This document shows, piece after piece, positions 54,839 through 64,000 of a stretch of DNA of 64,000 bases. Location: contig OZ024742.1 in NCBI GenBank assembly GCA_964016885.1, forward strand, positions 113,894,001 to 113,958,000, in the 5' to 3' direction. Position numbers and translations under genes: made by a program. The stretch's first letter is position 1, and each line of letters opens with the position of its first letter. The notes below the pieces were generated by a model. It worked only from the letters and a program-made list of their open reading frames with translations. It did no database searches and had not been told where the DNA came from. This stretch comes from Eledone cirrhosa. Its lineage: Eukaryota.

Positions 54839-57800
54839 GAGACACCCTCCCTAAGATCCAGAACTCCAAACAGAACCAAAAGATAATACACAAGACTAAT
54901 ATAATTCTCAAAAACATTATCATCACAAACAAACTAAACATTACTGACTTAAATCATCTCTATTAGGCATCGGCTAAAGTCCCCACTCACTTATGTGGAG
55001 TGAAGATGAAAAAACAAAGGAATTCCCACAAGAAATCTACTTGGCAAGATAACATCAATCGCCAAATAAACCTTCTCCGATCTGACATAGAAATTTTAAC
55101 AAACTATAAAGTAGGTGAACATGTTAAACAAACTAAACTTAGAAAATTGAAAAAAAAGTACAGTATAAGATCAACATGTGACATAGACATGCTGATAGAA
55201 ACAATCAAGTAAAAAGTGTCGGCCAAAGCTGCTCGTATAAGGCGCTTTGAAAAACGATCTAGATTCTATAAGGACAATAATATGTTCAAAAACAACCAAA
55301 GAAACTTCTACAGAAAAATTGGTAAGTCAACAATAACTGCTAAATCAATACCACCCAAGGAGGAAGTGCAAGAATTCTGGGAAAAGATCTGGGCCGAAGA
55401 AAAAGTTCATAACATACATGCCCCATGGATAGACAGATAAATGAAAGAAACAGCTCACCTTGAAGAACAAACATGGGAAAATATAACAGTTGAACAGCTG
55501 CGCTTGGCTCTAAGAAAAACCAGCAAATGGAAATCCCCAGGAAAAGACAAAATACAAAACTTTTGGATAAATGCCTTCACAGAGTCTCATGAGCTGTTAG
55601 CCCAACTTTACAATGAAATAGTTAAGGAGCCAGAAAAGATACCATCATGGCTAGTTAACGGCATTACATTCCTGCTACCGAAGAATGATGAGACAAACAA
55701 TCCCAAAAATTACAAACCGATAACCTGCTTGACCACAATGTATAAAATGTTAACATCAGTCCTAACTGAATACACATATGACCACCTGATAACAAATGAC
55801 CTATTTCCCATTGAGCAGAAAGGGTGTAAACGAGGCTCATATGGCTGTAAGGATCAGCTTCTGGTTAACAAAATGATACCGGGAAGATTGTCATAATAGA
55901 CACAAAAAGCTATCGATTGCTTGGATAGATTTTAAAAAAGCATTCGATAGTTTGCCACACAGTTGGATTGAAAAATGTTCAGAGATTTTCAAAATATCCC
56001 CCGTTGTCAGGAGGTTTTTGTCATTCAGTATGAGGACATGGAGAACAACACTCCTTTTGAATAGTGAAACAAAATTACTGGAAGCTGGAGAAGTTAACAT
56101 TAATTGTGGAATATTTCAGGGTGACTCTTTATCACCGCTTTTATTCTGCATCGCACTTATACCATTAAGTAAAATGCTCAATGAAACAAAACATGGATAT
56201 AGAGTCTATGACAAAACCATTAATCACCTGTTCTACATGGATGACCTGAAACTATTTGCAAAAAATGATGAACAATTGCAAGGGCTATTATCCACTGTGA
56301 AGCAGTTCAATGATGACATTAAAATGGAGTTTGGACTGGATAAATGCGCCAAAGCAACGTTCACCAGAGGAAAGCTGCTGAAGAGTTCACACATTAATCT
56401 TGATCGGGGGAACGTGATAAAGAGAGCTTGATCAAGATAAAACTTACAAATATCTAGGTGTTTGTGAAGGAGACGGAATCAAGCACTCGACAATGAGGGA
56501 AAGGATAAGGAAGGAATGTTACCGCAGAGTCAGAGCAATCTTAAGAACGGAATTGAATGGAAGGAATAGGATCGATGCCATAAAAACGCTTGCCATACCA
56601 GTAGTAACCTACAGTTACAATGTCATCAACTGGTCAAGCACAGAGATCCGTAGGCTCGATACAAAAATCCGAAAATTCTTAACCATGCACAGAGTGCATC
56701 ACCCTAAGGCAGATATATATAGAATATATCTCCCTAGGAAAGAAGGAGGACGTGGGTTAATCCAGTTAGACATTGCGTTGAAAACTGCAACAATTGGATT
56801 ATCCACATATCTAAGGGAATCACATGATTGGATGATCAAACTCGTTTTGAAACACGAAAGCACCAAAAGATCATATTCCATTACAAAAGATGCACAACGA
56901 TACAGTAATGGACTACAAATTTCAGAAGTCCCATTTACAGCTGAAATGGAAAACACAGAAAAAGCAAAGCAGGTAAAAGTAACTGCAAAGAAAGAACTGC
57001 TACAGAAATTGGCTTTAGAAATGGCAAGAAAAGCCTCTGTATGGAAAATACCCAGAGCGAGCTAACAATCCTGATGTTGACAAAACTTTAACCCATCAGT
57101 GGTTGGCATCCTCTGGACTGAAATCGGAGACTGAAGGACTGATTATATCGGCACAAGATCAGTGTCTGCCAACAAAAAATTACCAAGCCAACATAATAAA
57201 AAATGGGTGCAGCTCATTATGCCGTGTATGCAAAAAACAACCAGAGACCATTGACCATATAATTTCAATGTGCAGTCCTATAGCTTCAACCGAATACCTA
57301 AACAGGCATGACAGAGCTGCACAATACATACATTGGATAATGTGTAAGCATTTTGACCTGCCCCATCAAAAGAATTGGTGGGAGCATCAACCACCTCCCA
57401 TACTTGAAAAAGATCACATCTCAATCTTGTGGAACTTTAGCATCCAAACAGACCGAAAAATATATGCAAATAGACCTGATATAATATTGAAGGACTTTCA
57501 AAGGAGGGTATGCCTGCTAATTGATATGTCTGTTCCAATAGACAAGAATGTATCTATAAAAACATTTGAAAAATTGAGCAAGTATAAGGACCTGGAGATA
57601 GAAATTGGAAAAATGTGGAAATTGAGAACTAAAACAATACCAGTGGTTGTAGGCGCTCTGGAAATGATACCTAAGGGGTCTAACGACTACTTATCGCAAA
57701 TCCCAGGAAACCCGCGTATAGGAGAAATACAAAAGATAGTACTAATGGGAACTGCCCATATACTAAGGAAGATCCTGTCAATATAATTACATCACAAGTC

Positions 57801-57926
57801 TAAACACTAAGGATGCATGTGTGAGAATGTATGTTCTTTCTTGAACATGGCGGACCTTGTTGTCTCTTGAGGTCACTGGTTGTGACTTGGTGATAACTCG
57901 TATGAACATAAAGCAAGATAAATGCA

Positions 57927-57959
<33 letters not shown>
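54838..57959 (+). mobile_element. Family A copy 2, 5'-truncated
   Basis: Begins cgagacaccctccctaag (equivalent to 43402) directly after (TAA)n. Collinear to the 3'UTR and (TAA)n tail. Several stops and frameshifts. Confidence 0.94.
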
Positions 57960-57960
<1 letters not shown>

Positions 57961-58243
57961 TTTGGAACTGCCATGAAGTCAAAGTGATCCCGATTGTCAT
58001 AGCCGCACTAGGGACTTTCTCAAAAAGTGTCCAGGGATGGTTAAAGAAAATTGGCCCCTTCACACTTTTTGGAACGCTTCAAAAGGCATGCTTGCTGGGA
58101 ACAGCAAGAACCCTCCGATACGTCCTGAATATATCAGGCTGCAGGTAGTGGCTTGATATTCATCTCAACAAACTTTCCAGTGAACTAACATCAATGACTG
58201 AGACTCAAAGAGTAATAACAATAATAATAATAATAATAATAAT
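57960..58243 (+). mobile_element. Family B 3' fragment
   Basis: Matches about 50793-51043. Flanked by (TAA)n. Confidence 0.92.
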
Positions 58244-59364
58244 GATTTATTTATTAACCACAAGGGTTTACATAAAGTAGACATTAAGGACAGTGCAGGA
58301 CAATACAGGTCGGTACAAATGGGCATTTCTGCGTGTAAAAAACAAAAACAGAGGATGTAACAAAAAAATAACAATGAAAAATTCCCCAATAGGGGGGAGA
58401 CTTCGGAGGGACATTTGTGGAGAAAGCCCAGTAACAGGCCACAGTGACCCTGACCACCAAGGCAAGTACCCTCTCCCAGTTTTTCACCTTTAATTTACAG
58501 ATATATACTCAGAGTAGGCCCATTCACTCGGGCCATTCTTGCTTCTCTCACCCATCTTTCAACAAAATGCTGGGAAGAGAGCACTTCCCTCTCTACTCTG
58601 ATTTTCCTTTTCAAATGAAATTTGAAAAAGTCATCAGGGCATCACCGAAGAGTAAATGCTCGTCTTCAGCCCTTTCAAAGATGTCCACCATACTATCTCT
58701 TTCGCCATGGCCACCAGACAGATAAAAACTGCCTGCCCTTCCCGGCTAAAAGAGGAGGGCGGGGCAATTATCACGATGGACTCAGATGATAGCCGGATCC
58801 GTCCTACACGCGACAGCAGGTGTTCGACATAAACCCACAAGTCAGCAATTTTCGGACACTGGACGAGTGCGTGCAGGACGGTTTCGTCGCCCTGCGCGCA
58901 TCTCGGACATGCCCGGCTGACGGCACCTCCATGCCTGTAGAGTTTATCCCGAACTGGCAAGGCTCCTCGGTAGCACTGCCAGGCCAGAGATTTCTGGAAG
59001 TTGTCCATAGGCCCCGGCCCGAAAGTTCTTCCGAAGAGATCGGCTGGTTGATTTTCGTCGACGCCTAGATTTTCCCCAAGTAAGTCGTCGCACTTCACCT
59101 TTACTAATCCTCTATAGAACGCCGAGGTGGAGTTTCCACCGATCACATTGCCCGATTGGTCGAGGGATGTGAGCGCCTGAAGACATTCCAGTCTCCAGGT
59201 GCTCCCTCTCGGTCTTCGCTTGACCCAGGACTGCAGCTCCGTCAAGGAAACGAACTGGAGAAATACGTGTCTAGCAAACGGCGACCACACCTGATCACCG
59301 TCGAGGAAGAGGTGGAGATGTCGTAGCCTGAGCGCGTGCCTGCGCATCATCAGCCACGGCATGC
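58244..59364 (-). mobile_element. 3' fragment of Tx1 family 1
   Basis: Highly similar to 35582-36716, with the same 3' junction into (TAA)n. Confidence 0.94.
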
Positions 59365-62300
59365 TGTTTGTTTGTTTTTTTGTTTATTTATGTTCGTCTA
59401 CATCGTGATAGTGCCACACTAAAATCACCGGGGGTGATGAAATCCCCGGTGGTTATATAACCATACATTCACCAATCCTCGATAAGTGTGTTTAAATGTC
59501 GAACCTAAACAGTTCGAATAACGGTGAAGTGGAGACTGCAATGTCATGTTACAGACTCTCACCAAGCAGGTGCTCCCTGACTCAGCAACAGGGACCTGGC
59601 TGTCAACCAAATACTGCTGGTGTCGGAGGAAGAAGAAGAAAGAAAGGGACCAGAACAAACAGGACGAAAGAATTGAATAGAACTGTTATGCAATGTTACC
59701 TGAAGAGTAACCCCAAGAAGAAAGGCTATAGGAAACGGATGCATAACATCTGGAACGAGATTGGTCTATTTAAATTAGATGAACAAAAATTGGGCGGGCA
59801 GGCTAGGGTAATAAGAACTAATGTGTGGATAAGCGAGCTGGAACTGGAGGAACTGAGCAGAGAAATTAGGTTGGAAATGGAGAGTGGAGCATGCCAGGCA
59901 AACGAGCCAGTGGGAAATGAAGGTGAAGAAGTTGAGAGTACGGAGGAACCATCTGAATCAGACAATGATCTGAATGCTGAAGTAAATAATACCTGGAACA
60001 AAGTTACGGCCATTGAGGAGATAAATGCTGACGGGCTAGGACAATATTTGGTTGATATCCTAAACATAGTGGTAGATGAATTGAACAATGTTAGTGGGAA
60101 ACCTATGAACCTAAGATTTGTAGACACGAAAAAGTTAAAAGAAACAACAGCGAGGAACCTTCACCAGTGAAACAATATCCTCAAAGGAATAGCAAATGCG
60201 GTGAGGAAATTACTTGGTATAAAAGCGAGAGGAAACAACAAACAAGAAAGATCAGAACCTTGGTGGAAGAAACGACTGAATGGTCAAATCAGGGAAATGA
60301 GAAATGACATTGGAAAGCCTGAGTCCCTACTGAATGGAACACTAACAAATATAGACACTAAAAATAGACTGGAAATAAAGTATAAAACTAGGAGGAAAAA
60401 GCTAAATATTATCATAGAGGAACTTAAGCAACGCATTGTACCAAAGAGTACAAAAATTATGCGATACGAGAGCAGAGTCAGTCAGTATAGACAAAACCGC
60501 ATGTTTGACAACAACCAGAAGATGTTGTTTGGACAACTTGAAGGGAAAGAAAGAGGCAACGACTTGATGCCTGAGCCGGAACAAACTAAGACATTCTGGA
60601 GAGGAATATAGGAGCGTGATGTTAAATATAATGACAAGGCAGTGTGGATTGAGACAGTACAAAAGGAGATTAGTGAACAGGCACACCAACAAACTGATTT
60701 CAGTATCACAGTTGAAACTCTTAAGGGGCAGGCCAAAAGACTAACCAACTGGAAATCACCAGGCCCAGATTGTGTGCAGGGGATTAAACATATAACATCC
60801 CTCCAGCCGAAACTGACTAACATGTTCAATGACTGCTTGATGTCAGGTGAGGTACGAGAATAGTTGACAAAAGGTACCACAGTTCTGGTAATAAAATATC
60901 CAATCAAGGGTAATGATGTTACCAACTATAGACCTATCACATGTCTGTCCGTAATATTGTAACTGTTAACAAGCATTGTGTCTGAGGAAATCTACCATCA
61001 CCTCCACATAAACAACTTGTTACCGCGCTAACAGAAAGGATGCCGAAAGAAGTCCCGTGGTACAAAAGACCAGTTACATATTGATAAGATGGTAATGAGG
61101 AATTGCAAGAGGAGACACACTGACTTGCCATGGGATGTATAGATTACAAAAAGGCATTTGACATGGTACCTCATTCTTGGATAACCAAAAGTCTAGAGAT
61201 CTTCAAGGTGGCATATAACATCAGACGGTTGTTGAGCAAAAGTATGAAGTCCTGAGAAACAGAGGTAACATCTAGTGGAGAATCCTTGAGAGGCGTGAAG
61301 ATCAAGAGAGGTAACTTCCAGGGAGATAGTCTGTCCCCTCTGTTGTTTGTCCATGCCCTGATGCCCCTGACCATTATACTGCGAAAAGTGAGAGCAGGAT
61401 ACAGGATGGGAAAGGGAGAGCTTACCATCAATCACCTCCTCTTCATGGACGATCTTAAGCTCTTCGGGAAGAATGAGAAGGAGTTGGATGTGCGTGTTGA
61501 CACTGTCCGTATTTTCAGCAATGATATATGTATGCAATTTGGTATTAGTAAGTGTGGAGTCCTTGTGATGAAGAGGGGTAAATTGAGCAGAAGCAAAGGA
61601 ATCCAGGTACCAACAGGTGAGGTGATTAAGGAAATTGACACTAAAGAATGATATAAGTATGTGGGTGCTCTGGAGGCTGAACACAAGGCAAGAACCAAAA
61701 AAAATGAAAGAATTGATAAGATCTGAATACATTCGTCGAGTAAGGATCGTATTAAAATCACATCTAAACAGTAGGAATGCCATAAGTGTAGTAAATTCCC
61801 GAGCTGTGTCTATTATTAGGTACAGTGCGGGAATTCTGAGATGGAATGTTTCTGAACAAAAAGAAATGGATAGGAAGACGAGGAAGCTATTGACTATCTA
61901 CAACATGTTCCACAAGAGGAGTGATGTCGATAGACTCTACTTAAGGAGATCTGAAGGTGGAAGAGGTCTTATCAGCATAGAGGACTGTGTTCAGATGGAG
62001 AAAAACAGCCTACACAAATACGTGACTGATATTAAGGAGCCAATGCTCAGAATTGTACTGAAGGAGAGGACAATGGACCAGGAGCTGTCCAAGGAGAAAG
62101 AACAAGGAGAAAGAACAGCCTTCATGAAAATCCCTTCATAGTACCGTCTTTGAGAAAACTGAATTCATAATCCACAGACATGGAACTGGTTGAAAAGAGG
62201 AGACCTTAAAACGCTACAGAAGGAATACTGATGGCTACGCAAGAGCAGGCCCTCAAAACGAAGTGGTTGAAACACCATATTTACAAGGAGGAGGCTAGCA

Positions 62301-63000
62301 CACTGTGCAGTATCCGTGGAGAGAGTGAGGAGACTGTGGCTCACATTGTATCCGAGTGTAAACACCTTGCCCAGACTCACTATAAAGGCTGGCGACATGA
62401 TGTGATGGCCAGGGTGATCCACTGGCACCTATGCAAAGTAAACAATTTACCACATTCTGAGAAGTGGTATGAGCATAAGCCAGAGGCGGTGATAGAAAAC
62501 GATCAGGTGAAGGTGCTGTGGGATTTTAGGACACAGACGGACAAGAAACTGGAACACAATAGACCTGACCTTGTGGTTTTGGACAAGGATAAAGATCTTG
62601 CCTGATTGTGGATGTGGCCTGACCATTCAACACGAGAGTGCAAGAGATGTAGAGGGAGAAAATTAACCGATACCAGGACTGAAAGTGGGAGGTAAAAAGG
62701 ATTTGGAACTGCCATGAAGTCAAAGTGGTCCCAATTGTCATAGGCGCAGCAGGTACTAACTCAAAAAGTGTCCATGGATGGTTAAAGAAATGTAACCACG
62801 CCCCGCTTTTTGGAACGCTTCAAAAAGCATGCTTGTTGGGAACAGCAAGTGCTGATACCTCTGATACGTCCTGAATAGCTGAGGCTGCAAGTAGTGGCTT
62901 GATATTCATCCCAACCAACTTTCCAGTTCACTAACATCAATGACTGGGACTCAACGAACAATAATAATAATAAGTATAGTAAGAATAATAATAATAATAA
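59365..63000 (+). mobile_element. Family B copy 3, more diverged and heavily disrupted
   Basis: Collinear with copies 1 and 2 (ORF remnants 59496 to about 62880). Many stops. TAA-like tail at 62960-63000. Confidence 0.92.
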
Positions 63001-64000
63001 CGTATGGATCTGTAATCCACGTGGTGGATAGAGGGTAATGGAATGCTCCCGTTAGATTTTGATTTTTAACATAGTTAAAACAATTGTGATATAACAATTC
63101 TAAGTACAAATTGGACATAAAAAAACCAGGCTTAGCTCTCAGGAAATGAGAACCCATAATATACTGTTATATCGCTCAAATATCCAATTTTGTATTATAA
63201 ATTTTATATTCAAAAAAGAAAGTGGTTATAAATGGAACAAACTCCCTCTGTCTACACTATATAGAACTGCCAAATAACAGCAATTTCACAATCACAACAA
63301 CCTAGATACACCACCTATTCCATCACATCTCCACTAAATACAACAGCCAGATAACGGCAATTTCACCACCACCATCACCAATCCCAGCATATTAATAATA
63401 ATTACTTTTATTGTATTTCAAGTTTTCTCAAAATGTTTAATTCAAATATTAAGAAAAATATGTCAACACATATATTAAACATACGCGACAAACCCCATAG
63501 ATATACAGATTAAACAAATGCATCCTACTACAGTCGATTCAACAGAACTCAGTAACGACAACGCCACCACTACAGTTACCGCCGCCACCACTCAATCATT
63601 GCGACCACTATCCCATCACCGCCGCCACCACTCCTTCATTGCTGCCACCACTATTCCCACACTACCTTCTGTTAACTTAAGAAAGGGGAAGGTGGTGGTA
63701 TCACTAGAGAAGCGAGAGGCTAGCAAAAGATATGAATAGACTGACTTAGTGTCCCGGTCAAACGTCAACGACTATGGCACTGCTGGCTCCCACCTTCCCT
63801 ACCAACAATAGAAACATCCCAAGCACCACCACCGACATAGCCAACAGGCAACTTCAACAAATAGTATATTATATTATATTATATTATTAATTATTATATT
63901 ATATTATTAATAATAATGTCATTCTGAAGCCACGCAAGGAAACACACATGATAATAACAATTATACCCCGTGACCAAGAAATACCGGCATTGCGGCCGGC
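63001..64000 (+). mobile_element. 5' leader of a further family A-like element running off the window
   Basis: Homologous along its length to 41641-42570, ending in ccccgtgaccaagaaataccgg...ggccggc. Confidence 0.85.

Noticed and set aside
57960-59364. Segmental duplication of 34977-36716 (B fragment + Tx1 end)
   Set aside because: The B fragments have different truncation points and the intervening SINE and spacer are absent, so independent insertions fit better.
36172-62741. Short ORFs antisense to or overlapping LINE ORFs
   Set aside because: Shadow frames. They recur only because the elements are repeated.

Overview
AT-rich eukaryotic DNA, most likely from an octopod cephalopod (inferred from the SINE family, dense (TA)n/(CA)n/(TAA)n tracts and the retroelement types). 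No host protein-coding gene could be supported. Positions 1-31 kb hold four decayed Penelope-like elements (three with inverted pseudo-LTRs, several with hammerhead motifs), tRNA-derived SINEs with ATTATT-starting target duplications, an intron-containing tRNA-Lys(UUU), Helitron- and MITE-like pieces, and a decayed Tx1-type LINE. Positions 35-64 kb are an almost continuous train of non-LTR retrotransposons joined at (TAA)n tracts: one Tx1-type LINE with two intact ORFs plus a fragment of it, and two divergent Dong/R4-like (RT + CCHC + restriction-like endonuclease) families, called A and B here. The two best candidates for something undescribed are a 5' leader shared by families A and B, and a multi-pseudoknot RNA fold just upstream of the family A start codon. 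Most short ORFs in the track are microsatellite or antisense artefacts. Identities and boundaries are by-eye estimates.
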